A stretch of DNA of 64,000 nt from Schmidtea polychroa (GCA_044892525.1 CM097885.1:40736001-40800000); one strand, 5' to 3'; counted from the stretch's first letter, positions 39,842-53,765 are shown. A program made the numbers and translations. Notes: a model not told the origin generated them from the letters alone.

Positions 39842-40730
39842 CATATGTTTTTTGATAAAAAGAGTTTCTGTGGCTAATCTTTGTAATGTATTTATGAACG
39901 AGAAATGAACATAATAATATAATATACAAAGAGTTAGAGAAACGCATATTTAGAGAGGCTCAATCAGATTCATTCAGCTTGAGGCGGTTTTCTTTAGGTT
40001 TACCTATCATTAATATGAAGCAAAATATATAATATTTTTAGTAAAGATTGGAAAATAAAATTTACCAGAAATGTTATCTCTTATCATATTACAGAACTTG
40101 TCAATTAATAGAACTTTGATTTGAATTTCGTTGGACTTTTGATTGATGATTTCAGGAAAACAGTTTTTTACTTAGACAGATGACAAAGGTTTCTGTGATC
40201 TGAAGCAATAAAATGTAACAAATAATTACAAATAAATCGGAAAAATTCAACTTTTATAGAATATAAATTTGTTAATACTAAACCTTCAATTTATTCTCTT
40301 GTCAATTTTTATTTTAATGAACCTTGAGAAAATGTCTCTAATGATGTGACTAATGTCTTTCAATTTACAGATTTTGTTAAAAATTATAATGTCTAGTATA
40401 GATCAAAAGATAATATATATGGTCACAATACTCGAAAAAGTCAACAAAAGAACAGATAACTAAAGAAATTACATTTTATCCATTAGAAAACTACGATTTA
40501 TCTGAATAAAGGTTGGTTTACTCCAAAGTATTATTTTTTTCTGTAAGAATATGAAAATTTTCAAAATATTGTATAATATAACTTTTTCCTGTTAATCGAA
40601 TAAGTAAAGGTTTCATCGATACTATTTGACATTATTCGTTAAATAATACAATTGTCTCAAGATTCATATAGCATCATAAACCTTATAACCATTCCAAAAT
40701 TTCAAGATCTCATTAATTTACAACAACCAC

Positions 40731-40908
<178 letters not shown>

Positions 40909-41748
40909 TAATTGTATTTAGAATTAAATTTAAATGTTGCCTTATGCGATATGTATCATTCGGTGAGAGTTCTTTTGAAGCAGCAAAAATGCAAAGTAAG
41001 CTCCTTAAATGTATTAATTTTAAATAAAATGAAATTTGAGAAAATTTATTAGTTTTTAACTTTATATAATTTTAATAAATGATCTTTACAATATTTTTTC
41101 AAATTAATTTTTTTAAATTTCAATGTTGAAGTTTTGAATTTTTTTTGTCATCTGGTGAAGATGATATGCTCAGATATAAATAAAGATAATAACTAATTAC
41201 AATCAATCTGACAATTTCGTCACAATAATGCTAGCTTGAGATTTTCTAAAAATGAAAAGTTGATTTTCTTGTCCTTTCTTAAACTGGTTCCATTTGGTCA
41301 ATTCTGAAGTTACTTCACCGTTTCATTTATGAAGTTCTTACCTTTTATACAAATACTTAACTTAGAATAAATTGTAAATGTTTACCAATGATAAAGCATA
41401 TTTCAGAGATTAGAAGAATTCATTACTTAATGTTTCGGAAAATTGTCCTCGTATTTCTCGATATTACAAGTCACCTTACTTTACTTTGAAGACTCTAAGT
41501 TTTTGTTGGTTGTTGTTGTTCATATTGACACAGTGTGAACTAGACCTTTGATCCTTGTTGTTAACATCTACTTGTCTTTATTAATTCATTTGTGGACAAT
41601 CTTAAATTTAGAGAACAACTTACATTAAATAAATACTTTAAGAGAAGAGAATATATATATATATATATATAATGGATTAAAATATATTATTTATTTACGG
41701 ATGTCTAACAATAAAATAAGATAAATATTACAAGCTTTGTGATACCCA

Positions 41749-41806
41749 CTGCAAATCCCAATAGTAAACTAGTTTCGAGCTTTTGGCTCTCATCAGTACT
41801 ATGCAG
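41749..41806 (-). ncRNA. Type I hammerhead ribozyme
   Basis: Minus strand CTGC-ATAGTA-CTGATGA-GAGC-CAAAA-GCTC-GAAA-CTAG-TT-TACTAT-TGGGATTT-GCAG: perfect core, 6-bp stem I plus distal helix, 4-bp stem II, palindromic stem III, GUU cleavage triplet. Confidence 0.88.
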
Positions 41807-42365
41807 GAGACGCGAAGATTTCTCTTCGCGCCAGATAAGTATACAATATTGCTGATTCAACTCTATTGCATACTTTCCCTGTTACACTGGAAATCACATC
41901 ACTTGCAAATTCGCTAAATCACAGAATAAAAATATCTACAAACTTGTAAACATGGCGTATGAAAAATCATAGTCGCCCCTGGAGACACCGTCATACACAG
42001 AAACTGCATTTTTAACATACAAGTATTTGTACTAATCGAAAGTTTTTGCACTAGTTTTGGTCATTTATCACAATTTACGTAACTCAAGAGTTCATACCAA
42101 TCTAATTTTTTTAAGAATTTAATTAATATAATTTATACTATATTATTGAATTCACTGACTGAATTGCATCTCAGTTGTATATGTTAAATAATCGAAAATT
42201 ATGTTTTTAATAAAATATGATGTTGAAATAAACACAGCACTATTAATAAAGAAATTTGGTAAAATATTTTTGTTTTTTATGAAAATTCATAATTGGATTA
42301 TTTCATGGGTAATTGAATGTTGTTTAAATATTTGAGATATTAGCGCGCTTTTTAGAAGATAAATG

Positions 42366-42628
42366 GGTTCTTGTTTGATATTTCCCCCCACTTAAAATTA
42401 AATTAAAATTAAATATATAAATAATAAAACGGATATTGTTTGATATAAATATATAAGGAATTAATCCCAATTCTTGGCAAAGTAACAGTGTTGCTTGCGG
42501 AGTTCGTGTTCGTTCAAATAGATTGTTTGCATTCATAGGTAGATCAATAATTTTATTATCGTCAATTCTAATTCAATAATATAATACTAATTATAATAAT
42601 AAAGTGGGGGAAATATCAAACAATATCC
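42366..42628. mobile_element. Merlin-like MITE
   Basis: TIRs GG.T.TTGTTTGATATTTCCCCC; perfect 8-bp TSD GATAAATG (42358-42365, 42629-42636); internal minus-strand remnant MNANNLF...CQELGLIP resembles a transposase N-terminus. Confidence 0.8.
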
Positions 42629-42733
42629 GATAAATGTTTGTCATTTAAATTTTTCAGATGGCTGTAAATAAAAATGTTTTAATTATATTTTGAATTTGAG
42701 TTCCATAATTTCCAGAAATGAAAATAAAAAAAA

Positions 42734-42787
<54 letters not shown>

Positions 42788-42834
42788 TTGTTATTATTAT
42801 TAGAGATTAAGCAGTTATTGCATATATCTTTCAG

Positions 42835-43967
42835 ATTATTTTTATAGAGATCCTGGAGGTATTTACAGTGATAAATGTCAAGAATTTCATTATAAATATT
42901 CTCCACAATTGAAACAATTTTTATGTCTTTGCCAATATGATGGAAGACCTTGTGAAACTTTTATTGGTTGTGTAGCTTACGGGAAAATTTGTTCGAATAG
43001 AGGATTCTGTGTGATTAATAAACCATTCAGTAAATGTCGTTGCATTGACAACTATGGTAGCTATCACTGTGAAAAAAATATAACAGCTTGTGAATCGGCG
43101 CCACGATGTCATAATGACGGAACATGTATTGACGTTGGCGATTCTTCTTGGTATTGTGAATGCCCGAAAGAGTTTACAGGAAAATCTTGTGAAATACGAA
43201 ATGTTTGTCACAATTATTTATGCTACAATCAAGGCAAATGTGTGATTGAAAATAGTAATCCAAAATGCACTTGTTTATCGGGATATATTGGCAAACAGTG
43301 TGAATTTGAGATATCAAAATGCCCAAAATGTTTAAATAATGGAACATGTGTTTCACCAGATTTAGGATATAATTATATTTGTCAATGTCCAAGAGGGTTT
43401 GTTGGTCTGTTGTGTGAATTCCGTAGGAAATCTTGCAACGGAAACAAAGTATGTTATAATTATGGAAAATGCTTTAAAGGACGAAGAGGTGAAGAGACCT
43501 GTTTTTGCCAAAATAAATATTACGGAAATTCATGTGAGAAATATGCTGATTGCACAACAGGATATTTTGGACCAAATTGTCGTCAGAGACATACTTGTAA
43601 CAAAATTGGTCGACCGTGTTTGAATTCTGGAAAATGTGTAATAGTCAATCATCAAGTTCATTTGTGCAAGTGCAAACCCGGATATCATGGGTACAGGTGC
43701 CAACACAGACATTGTATCCAAAATAGTGACTGCTTAAATCATGGGACATGCGAATATGATGGTTCCCAGAGTATCTGTATATGTTCACTTTCCCTCACGG
43801 GAAAGTTTTGTCAGTATTATAATGAATGTTATGGCCATTTAAAATGTGGTCAAAATGGAATATGTATCAAAAACTCAAATGGGACGTTCAATAAATGTGT
43901 TTGCAATTATGGATGGAAGGGAATGTTTTGTGATGAAAAAATGAAATTTGATAAATCAGAATTATGA
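42835..43967 (+). CDS. EGF-repeat protein (8 full and 1 truncated EGF-like domains), C-terminal KSEL; probable terminal exon
   Basis: Uninterrupted frame of six-Cys EGF modules (CxNxGxC...CxC..GxxC). The frame is open upstream of the TTG-start ORF call to a TTTCAG acceptor at 42829-42834. Confidence 0.9.
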
Positions 43968-44240
43968 GTTTTTGGATTGATATTTTTGAAAATATATTTT
44001 ATGTAGTCATTAATTTATTCAATCAAATTAAATTAATTTTGGCATGCCAACCAACTGGTTTGACGTGCTAGTCAAAAATTGATGTTGTCATTTGGCATCA
44101 AGGGGCCATCGATAAAATATCCATGCATGGAGGTTATCTGAAAACTCAAGAGGAGCCACCGCACGATCTGATTAAAATAAAATGAAAACAATTAAAATTA
44201 TGTCAAAAATATAAATTCATAATTACATAATAAATAAATA

Positions 44241-44500
44241 CACTCATACCTCGCTTTACGGCCTAGATACGTTCCAGGAAAGTTGGCCGCAAAGCGAAAC
44301 ACCGCATAACGAATCAAATAAGAAATTTATGCAATGTTGTTTGTCTTGCCTTGGTTCTTGCTTCTTTTTGCAGTTCTACATAACATTTTTGGCCGTATAA
44401 CGAAACATTTTAGGCCGTAAATCGAAAAAGTGCCGTAATTAAAGTAGGCCGTTATAGCGAAAAGCCGTATAAAGAGCAGCCGTATAGCGAGGTATGAGTG
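44241..44500. mobile_element. Tc1/mariner-pogo type MITE
   Basis: TA|CACTCATACCTCGCTTTACGGC ... GCCGTATAGCGAGGTATGAGTG|TA, with subterminal GCCGTA repeats. Confidence 0.9.
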
Positions 44501-44589
44501 TATATAAGAAATAGAATCTATGTTGACATAATAAATGATATTTAAATAATAATAATATTTTATACAAAAGAAGACATTAATTTAAATAG

Positions 44590-45200
44590 AGAAACGCCGG
44601 TTTAATAATTCCATTCATACATTTCTGCCAGGCTGGCGAAATATGATTTCTTGAAATGCAGCCGGTTAAGAAATCCGGTGTGAGTTTATTGAAGAACTCC
44701 TTGACTGAGCGCTATAAATATTCCACGTCTGTGAATGATTTCCCATTTAGATGCTTATTAAAATGTCGGGAGATGTACTAACCACTGTGCGTGGTAGCGG
44801 AATTATAAGGAAATTACTCTAGAAACGTCAAGTCAGACCTAGGAAATTCTCATTGCCTGACTAGCAGTATTGTCATACAAATACCACAGCAGCGTCTCTG
44901 CCTGTTTCCCGTTTTCTTTTTACATGTTTCTATTGTACTAGGTATTAATCTTAGTGACTTGTCATTGAATTCTAAGTGCACAACACCATCACTATCCCAG
45001 AAGATGGAAGTAATACGCATCAAGTGGTTTTCGTGCATGGACACTTCCAACCCTGGTACTGAAATCTGTGGGTAGCTTATAAATATTGATCATTCACTAC
45101 TCCTCCACCAATTTTATTAATATCTCGTCCACATTATCAAGGATTTCTTGAGGTAGACCTTCTTTGTCATCATCAAAATCTGAGATGTGTGACAACTTCT
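44590..45200 (-). mobile_element. Degenerate mariner transposase remnant
   Basis: Fragments DDDKEGLP, SIFWDSDGVVHLEF, HLNGKSF and WQKCMNG match the mariner layout. Confidence 0.7.
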
Positions 45201-45247
45201 GTGAAGTTAATGAATTTAAAATCTTTGTAATAAACAATATTTTTCAA

Positions 45248-46194
45248 TTAATGTTGGTAAAAAACGGAATTTTTATGTATTTCTAAATATGACCAGGTTC
45301 AGTAAAAATAAATATTTCACTACAAAACATTTATCAGTTAACCTTGTGTTATATTTTATTTTTGTTTTTTCAATGTCAATTCTTTTATTTGCTCTTCTTA
45401 GCATAAAGCAAACAAATATTATGATTATTTTAAATTTATATTTTTCTATTGACACCATTTTGAATGAAGATGTTAATGAATTTGTAAAAATTATTTAATT
45501 ACACATATAAACAAATATATCAATTAAATTAATATTAATTTGAAATATTTTGAAATATTATTTAATTCTGGACATAAATGGATTAATAAATAAACTGAAT
45601 TTGTTCTAGAGTTTTCCATGTTCTTGTTATTATTTTGTCAGTGAAGTTTAAATTAGAATCATTAAAACAAATTAAAAATAATTTTTTCTATTTTCATAGA
45701 TATGTGAAATCATGAGAAATATTTTAATTTTCCTAAAATATATTTTTCAATTTCTAAAAAGAAAGTTGGTGGAAGTCAAAAAAATCACATTAAAGAGTTG
45801 ATTTTTTAACTTAATTTTTAGTCTTTAACATTGTGTAAAATATTGAAAATGACAGTTAATATTTGTCTATTGGCAAAAATTAAATATAATCTGAATTAAC
45901 ATAGAACCAGGAAACCTTTTATGTAAAAATAGAACTAAAATATTTCTTTTCTAATTTTCAATCAAAGTTTCCTTCTTTAAATACATGGAACAAATTCCTT
46001 TATTCTTTTTTGACATGAAAATATTTTGGTTAAACTTTTAAAAAACTATTTTAAAATCATTTATTTTCAAAATTTTGAAAATTTGTAATGTTTTAATGTA
46101 TTATATATAAACAATTTAGGAAACAATTTTAATAAATTTAACTTGATAATCAAATATATGATGTAAGAATGTGATTGCTTATATAATAATTTAA
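45248..46194 (-). repeat. Inverted copy of 10510-11456
   Basis: Continuous reverse-complement similarity with scattered substitutions and indels. Confidence 0.9.
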
Positions 46195-46485
46195 AAAACA
46201 CTTAATGTTTTACATTTTACCAAGAAACTTTCTTAACTACAAAACAACTTCAAAATTTTTTAAAACATTCAAAGCCATTTCTCATATGATTCTGAAATCA
46301 ATTTTCCAATTTTTCATCAAACTGGTATTTTAGAGCTATTTCAAGTTTCAAACGGATCTGCGTTTGGGTTATTAAGGTATTTTTAATTGTGACTTCAAAG
46401 AACAAATTTTCAAGATAACTTTGTAAAATACAGTTTTTTCAGGTGATATTGCTAAACTATATTACTTCATTGGAAAATCTTCAAA

Positions 46486-46978
46486 ATGCCACCAAAAAGA
46501 AGAACCTTAATAGGCAGAAGTACATCAGCTTTGAGGGCATTGACAGCCTCCCGAGCAGCGGAAACGCCGGAGCAGACACGCACTCGGCTTGATGATTCCT
46601 TGATGATTCCCCGTGATATGCCATTTGAGTTCAAGCGCCTTCAATTTCCAGTACGTTTGGCTTTCGCAATGTCTATCAATAAGGCTCAAGGTCAATCACT
46701 GAAGGTTGTTGGTATCAGTCTGGAAACTCCTTGCTTTTCACACGGTCAGCTGTACGTGGTGTGTTCAAGAGTAGGGACCGGGAAGAATTTATTTGTTTTT
46801 GCGCCTGATGGAAAAACCCGAAACATTGTGCATGAAACAGCTCTACGATAAAAAATGTGTTTCATTAAACAGTTTTTTAATAAAAAAATAGTAGCTCATA
46901 AGAGAGGACAACTATCGAAAAGAAATTTTGCGACATCAAAGATCGTTAATCTAAAACAACATCAGGTACGTCCGCTAG
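46486..46978 (+). mobile_element. Internally deleted Helitron (RepHel N-terminus fused to PIF1 helicase C-terminus; ORF 46486-46851)
   Basis: FKRLQFPVRLAFAMSINKAQGQSL...FSHGQLYV..SRV are PIF1 motifs V-VI; 3' end CTAG|T at 46975-46979; 5' end not located. Confidence 0.88.
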
Positions 46979-47580
46979 TATTTTATAATCATATAATTAA
47001 TAATTATATATAAATTCTATTTGTGTAGGTAATCTACATATTTAAGCACTATGTGATGTGTGTGTTTATGTGACCTTATTAATTTAATAAATCAATATGA
47101 CCTAATTTTCAATAACTATATATAGACTGTCCTGGAGGGGACACAATTTTTTTATGAGTATATGTGTCTGTATAACCTACATAAATATTTAAAAAAATTT
47201 CATGAAAAACTTTGAAATTGAGTTGACCTACATAAAAATATTAGGCAAATTTTTTTAGCATAATATTTTTTCCTCAACAGGGGGAAAGTGGGGTATTATC
47301 CTGGAGGGTACACATCCTACTAATACCATTCTTAGAAATTTTAAAACTTTCAAAATACACCAATTGATCAACTCAACCATATCAAAAAAGTAGTCGAAAC
47401 TGAATAAACTGAAAACACATCAAAACATACGAATATTTATTAAATAAATTTTGCCATAATAAGACCACGCATGTCTCACGATTTTCAATAAATACTCATC
47501 ACTGTTGTTATAAGGAACAGTAATATTACAATTCGAAAATAAATTATATATAAAGTTAGTTTATAATTTACAATAATAAT

Positions 47581-48791
47581 TTACAATTCCGAACGAGATA
47601 TTATTTGTATGTCACACGTCTTACCCAACCAACCTTCATTGCATTTACATTTTAAGAATTTTCCCTCCACGTCAGTTTGGCACTTCCCGTTAGTGCCACA
47701 TTGTATATTGTTATAACATTCATTTTTATATTGGCAAAACTCTCCACTGTAACTCGGTGAACATTTGCATTTCACTCTTTCCCCTGAAACACAAATTCCC
47801 CCATTTTGACAGTCGGTATCTTTTATACAATTTTTCATTTCACAGTTCTTTCCATGAAATCCAGGTGCGCAAACGCAATAATATTTATCATAATTCAAAA
47901 TCAAGCAGGTTCCCCGATTTTTGCATGGAGTAAGATTTTCAACACAAAAATGTGCAAATTCACAAAACCTGCCATAAAATCCATATGGACATAAACAGAC
48001 TGTTTCAGTTGTCGGTAGATCTGTTTTATTAAAAACTACTAGAGAACAGAATCCCCCATTTAAACAACGATTTCCACAGTCAGATAATTTCTCACAAAAT
48101 CTACCATTAAAAATGTATGGACAAAAACATTTTTTTTCATTTTTCGTATTCAGAAAACAACTTCCTTCATATAAGCAATGGTTTTCAGTTTCACATTTTT
48201 TAGCCGGAGTTTGGCATCGGTGGCCAATGAATCCTGGTAAACATTTACAGAAATGATTCTTCCCCATATCGGGTGTAAAACAGGTGGCACCATTTTCACA
48301 TTTCGGACATTTTGATAAATTTAATTCACAATTCCTCCCTGTATATTCTGCCGAACATGAGCAATAGAATCTACCATTCATACTAATACATGACCCTTCG
48401 TTTAGGCATGGATTATCGACACAATGGTCAGGTATCTCACAGAGCTTTCCATGAAACCCTCGAAGGCACTGACATTTGAAACTATCATCTTCGATGTTTA
48501 TGCAGGTCGCATTGTTGAAACATGGGCTAAGAAGTTCACATGTGGTTTTTACAAATTGACAGTATGGTCCATAATAAGGACTTACACAGAGACAGTTAAT
48601 TTTGCTTTTTTCTTTTTCACAAAATCCTCTATCCGAGCATTGGTAACCGTTAAAAAAGCAGTCTGTGTAAATAGGACAATATGAACCATATCTGCACAAG
48701 CAAATTTGTCGTTTTAATTGTGGAGAAAACTTATACATTGATTTTTCACATGTTGTGTTCATAGATGGAGGTTTAAGCTTCATGAAGTTTT
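47581..48791 (-). CDS. EGF-repeat protein (9 EGF-like domains), C-terminal RSEL; paralog of 42835-43967
   Basis: 400-aa ORF collinear with the other EGF gene (YKFSPQLK..CLC, SKCPKC, FCQY.NECY); TTTCAG acceptor 8 nt upstream of the ATG. Confidence 0.92.
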
Positions 48792-49759
48792 CTGAAATTA
48801 CAATTTAAAAATTATCTTTATAGAACTAATTACATAAAATTTTTATTTTTTAAGATACGGCTGTCACTTTTAATCGGTCTCTGATGATCTGATTGATATT
48901 TGCAATAGTAATACAGATGGCTCAAAATTTATAATAAAATTAATTAAAACACAATAATTATGGTAATAACTTTGTAAGGAATGGGATTCAATCCTTTGCT
49001 GATCATATATTGTACAATTAATAAAAGTATTTTTTAAAATTTTATATTAATTATTTTTATTAAATTATTTAAAATGTATAAGATAAAAAAGAGAAATGCT
49101 ATTTGTTTAAATTATCGAAAATTAGAAAGTTATATGCCGATACCAAATATTCCAAGAAAAAATATGACGATTTCCAATTTCAATCCAATTGCGCAATACA
49201 GACCAATTAGATAAACCAATTCGAAGTCAAATTGTATAAATAAATTTATATTCAATCGAGTCATTTCTTTTAAATGTACAATGCCACATTTGTGTCAGAA
49301 GAAAAAAATTGAAATCTTTCAAGGTAAAATTATCAGCAATTTATAGTCTTCAAACTCTCTTTTTAATAAATTCAATGGAAAAAATAATCAGTGGTGAAAT
49401 TGGATACAAAAGTTCTTATTAAACTATTAATTCATATTTATAATGCCCGTTATTTTTATGATTGTATTGGTAAATTATATTTAACCTATTCTTTTACATT
49501 CTCTAACCGATGCCTTAATGCGATTCCCCTTTTTTATCCGTTGACTGATAAAACACGCAGAAAACTCCCAATATATTTTTCATTAGAATACTAAATGACA
49601 ATTCTTTTTTTCCCAGTCAATTCTGGTCACAAAGTATTTAATCTAAAAACAACTACCATTTACCAATTCATTCATTTTATTTGAGTATAGGCTGTAAAGT
49701 TCATTTCACCTTGGATCACTTACAATTGGATCAACATTCGATCCTATTTAACCAAAGAC

Positions 49760-50990
49760 TTTTATGGGGTCCAATCGAAATGACGTCTCCACAATTACCC
49801 CAATTATTCAACGACTTTTTATTTCTAAATAAAGATGGGACATGGTTGTTAGTAACAGAAATTTCATTTTCTGATAAGCGCATGGCCAAACGCACAAGAG
49901 CTCGACTAGTTATGACATTGTTATCAATAGACATTTTACAAACTTTAGGTAACAAAATTGTAAAGATTTTTGACGCATTCGAATCTGAACCGTACGACAA
50001 ATTGAAGACTTTATTAACTGATTGTTACAAACCTTCAGCTATTATTTCCATGCTGGATCACTAGGCAATTTGACTCCACCTGCGTTTTTAAAAATACTAG
50101 ATTACTTAAATCGGATTTATCCAAGAATCACAACCGACTATCCGATCCTTCGAAAAACTTTTTATCAATACTAATATCTACAGTCCGCGCAATTCTGTAT
50201 GGTTCTGATGGAACTTCCATGGTAGAGGTCACCACGATAGTAGATAAAATAAATTTCAATATTCCATAATTATTGCATACTCCAATAAACAACATAGATT
50301 ACCCATAAAGATATAATAAAAAAACTTGTCAAAATGGGTAACATCGTTACAATTAGAAGTATCTTCGTATCAGAAGCAAAGAAACACGTCCAAATAGAAC
50401 GACAATAATAGTAAGATATCAAAATAAAATCGGGGACTTTTAATCAGTTTCCACTTTATCCATAAACAGTCAGTAACCATATGTTGTATCGGTTGCAATT
50501 GGACTAAGAAAGATAAAGATGTTTCATTCGATCTTCGGTGAAGACGCCTCTAAATGTCTTGACGGTTGTAATTATCAAAGAAAACGGGCCGGATCCCATG
50601 TAAATACCGCTAAGTATGAAGATCAATTGTTCTGCTGCATTTTCACTTTATCAGCCATTTTAGAAACATACAAAAATATTACATTAACCATTTCATTTCT
50701 GATAGAACCCGAATCCTGTTTGTCAATATTACCACTTTCTTTTGCTTCATCTTCTATTCTTACAAGTAAATTGAGAGCACCTAACGTTACCGAAATCCCT
50801 ACATTTGGCACAATATACCTTATCTTTCAATTTGAAATCATTGGAAACCAAATCAAAAAGAATTTAACAGTAGCCAATAATTTGCAACTAGTCCTTGGAG
50901 CAGATTTGTTTGAATGTTTAGTAAATTGAAGAAATATAACTATAATCGCCAGAAATACGTCACTTTCCCTTAAAACTGTCAAAGATTCCC
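49760..50990 (+). mobile_element. Gypsy-like LTR retrotransposon gag-protease remnant
   Basis: Gag knuckle FHSIFGEDASKCLDGC; degenerate protease FLIEPESCLSILP (FLIDTGS), LRAPN..IPTFG, VLGADLF; no LTR recognised. Confidence 0.7.
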
Positions 50991-51006
50991 ATCAAGACCG
51001 TACCGA

Positions 51007-52648
51007 TTACGGCAAGTAATTTGCAAAAAAATGCAAAATATGTAAATAAATGCAAAGTTCATTTTATAAATGCAAAAAATATTTGCATTTATAAAGTTTC
51101 AGTAAAAAGTTATTTGTTTGAATTTTAACAATATTCAATTCTTTTTAAATTTTTCTCACATGGTCACAAACAAAAAAACGGTCCTCGACAATATTAAAAT
51201 ATTTGGGCGCGAATTCAAAGGTGAGTTTTCTTGTCATCCGACATAAAAATTGTTTTGCAACTTGTGCAGAATATTTGTAGATCACAGTCGTAAAACTTCT
51301 GTCGATAGCCACCGTAAGTCAAAAAAGCATACACAACTTGCTTACATACCAAATCAAATAGGAACTCAGACAATTTTATAGCCTGAGAATAAAATATTTG
51401 GTCGTGAAAGCATTTTGTCTGTTGACATTCCGCTTTTCAAACTTAACAATCCAGAATTGAAAGAATGTTTTGCGTACACCAGGAAAAAATTAATTTCGGA
51501 AAAAACAGCACAAGCACATGTTTTGACAAACGTGAAACTAAATATGCACAACTCTATATGTAAATTGCTTTGAGATCAAAAGTTATGCGCTTATTTTGAC
51601 GAAAGTTAGATCAACGGCAGAAAGTATTTCAATGTTCTTCCAAGCACCATTCGAACACCTAAAGACATTTACTGCATTGATGTCATTCCACTTCCATGCC
51701 TCACTAACATGGATTCGCACCTCACGAAGAGTTATCAAATCACTTAAAAAACGATTTATCGATAGACAATGTTCGGTTGTTGGTAAGTGATGCCGTTCCG
51801 TACAACATGAAAGCTGTGAAAAACATTAAAGGTTATTTTCCATGCACGTTACATGTTTAGCACACCTGATCCATAATTGTGCTATGCGTGTAAAGGCTTT
51901 ATACAGTGATACTGATCGATGTATCGCCTCTGTTCAAGCCATAACAATTAAGAATAAAAGAAATTCACAGTTATTTGCATCAATCGGAAAGCCACCAACG
52001 ACCATTGTGATTCGTTGGTCGAGTTGGCTCAAAGCGACTTTGTATTTCAGCACAAACCTACCAGCTGTGAGAAAAATTGTTGATTCAACGTGCAAAGAAA
52101 GCGGTCTTATCAACTAACCTAGTAAAAGATTTGATTGAAGTTTCTCGTAATTATTCATGCTTAAATGATTTGCTCGAAAAATTTGAAGACAGTGAATATT
52201 CAATCGAAAATGGCTTCACAGCATTAAATTTGCTCGAATTTACTAATGATCCAGTGAAAATAAAAGACTATTTAACACAAAGGCTTGCTGCTAATGATAT
52301 AAATACATTATTGAAATGTGACAACATCAAAATCTCAACAGAGGAATACTTGCTATAAAAAGATTGCCTGCCTACATCTATACCAGTTGAAAGAAGGTTT
52401 TCAATGCTCAATTGGGATCGAAACTTTGATTGTGAGAATAGTTTTTCATGTTTTTCACATTATTATAATTCCAAAGTAAAACTGGCAAAGCGAATAAATA
52501 AATTAACTAGCATAACTAGGAATTTTTTAACACTTATTTATTTTTTATTTTAAAAATTAACATTAATATTAATCATTCATAAATACAAAATTTTTCACCA
52601 AAAATGCAAAATTCTTGATTTATAAATGCAAATTATTCCTTCCCCTAG
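51007..52648 (+). mobile_element. hAT (CGGBP1-like) DNA transposon with a broken transposase
   Basis: BED finger LFCNLC...HRKSKKH, AFLSVDIPLFKLNNP, DES, SDAVPY, HVTCLAHLIH, RWSSWL, PTSIPVERRFS; AAATGCA subterminal repeats at both ends; exact TIR/TSD uncertain. Confidence 0.82.
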
Positions 52649-52879
52649 CAATCAATATGCTACAAGATTTGAAGGACTTGTGTAAGTAGGAAAGAGCATT
52701 AAATTTAAGGTTTCTATTATCAAATATTAGGTGATATTGATGTATTTAAAAATAAATATTAGTATTTAGTGTCGTTTTAGTCTTTATTTATCAGTTATAT
52801 TTTAAATTCGTAATGGAAGGTGACTTGTTTTTAGAATATAGAGAAATGATTGCCATTTTAGTGTATTTTACAAATATAC

Positions 52880-53765
52880 TCATCGCAAAATCATAGTGTT
52901 GCAATGCATTTCAATTTTTTTTAATAATCACACCCCTAATTATAAGTCTTTAGATGGAACCGGTTGTTGTAACTGTTACAATCTATCTATTATGTCAGTG
53001 TTAGCCGTATAAAAATGGAATTTTGTGAATTAAAGAACATTGTCAACGAAGAAAATGGAGCAAATGATGAAGTAAACCTTGAAATTTTGATATCGATGAA
53101 TATGTTGATGAAGAAAATTATACTAATGATACTGAATAATATGTTGAAGTTGATATATGTTGATATATATCTGTTTTAGAACCTTGCAAATTATCTATTG
53201 AGGCATTTAAATGAAAACTTGATTTCATCTGAAGAAACTCTTCAATTTTTTCTAATAATTTTGAAGAACAAAATACAAAACTTAGTTTAAAATTGTTATC
53301 GGCCTTAAATGAAATTGACATACAAAAAATGAAATATTGGTGTCACTTCTACTTTATTTAAAAAATATAAATGAAAATCTTTCTAACATTTCATCCAAAG
53401 ATCATAAAATATTGAAAAGGTTATTTGAAGTCGAAGAAGTTAATACCGATGGTAATAATGATTTTGTGGTTGAAAATAGCCCTTAATAAGCTGAATGACT
53501 TAATTGAGGCATCAATTAAAGAATCATCAACAAATAATAGGAAAATTGAAGTTCTTGATACCAAATTGAAATTGTTTGAAATAACTGGAGAAAGACCATC
53601 AAATATTGACAACTTAATGAATGGCATTTTACTAGATAAACCTACATCAACAGAACACGAAAGACCTTTTTCATTAGCATCATTTTAGCAACACCTAGGA
53701 GATCAAGATTGTCGGATGATTTATTAAGCAATTTAATTTTCTTTAAAAGTTATTTTAATTTATTT
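52880..53765 (+). mobile_element. Degenerate hAT transposase C-terminal remnant
   Basis: LLDKPTSTEHERPFSLA...RLSDDLLSNLIFFKSYF matches the hAT dimerisation domain. Confidence 0.7.
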
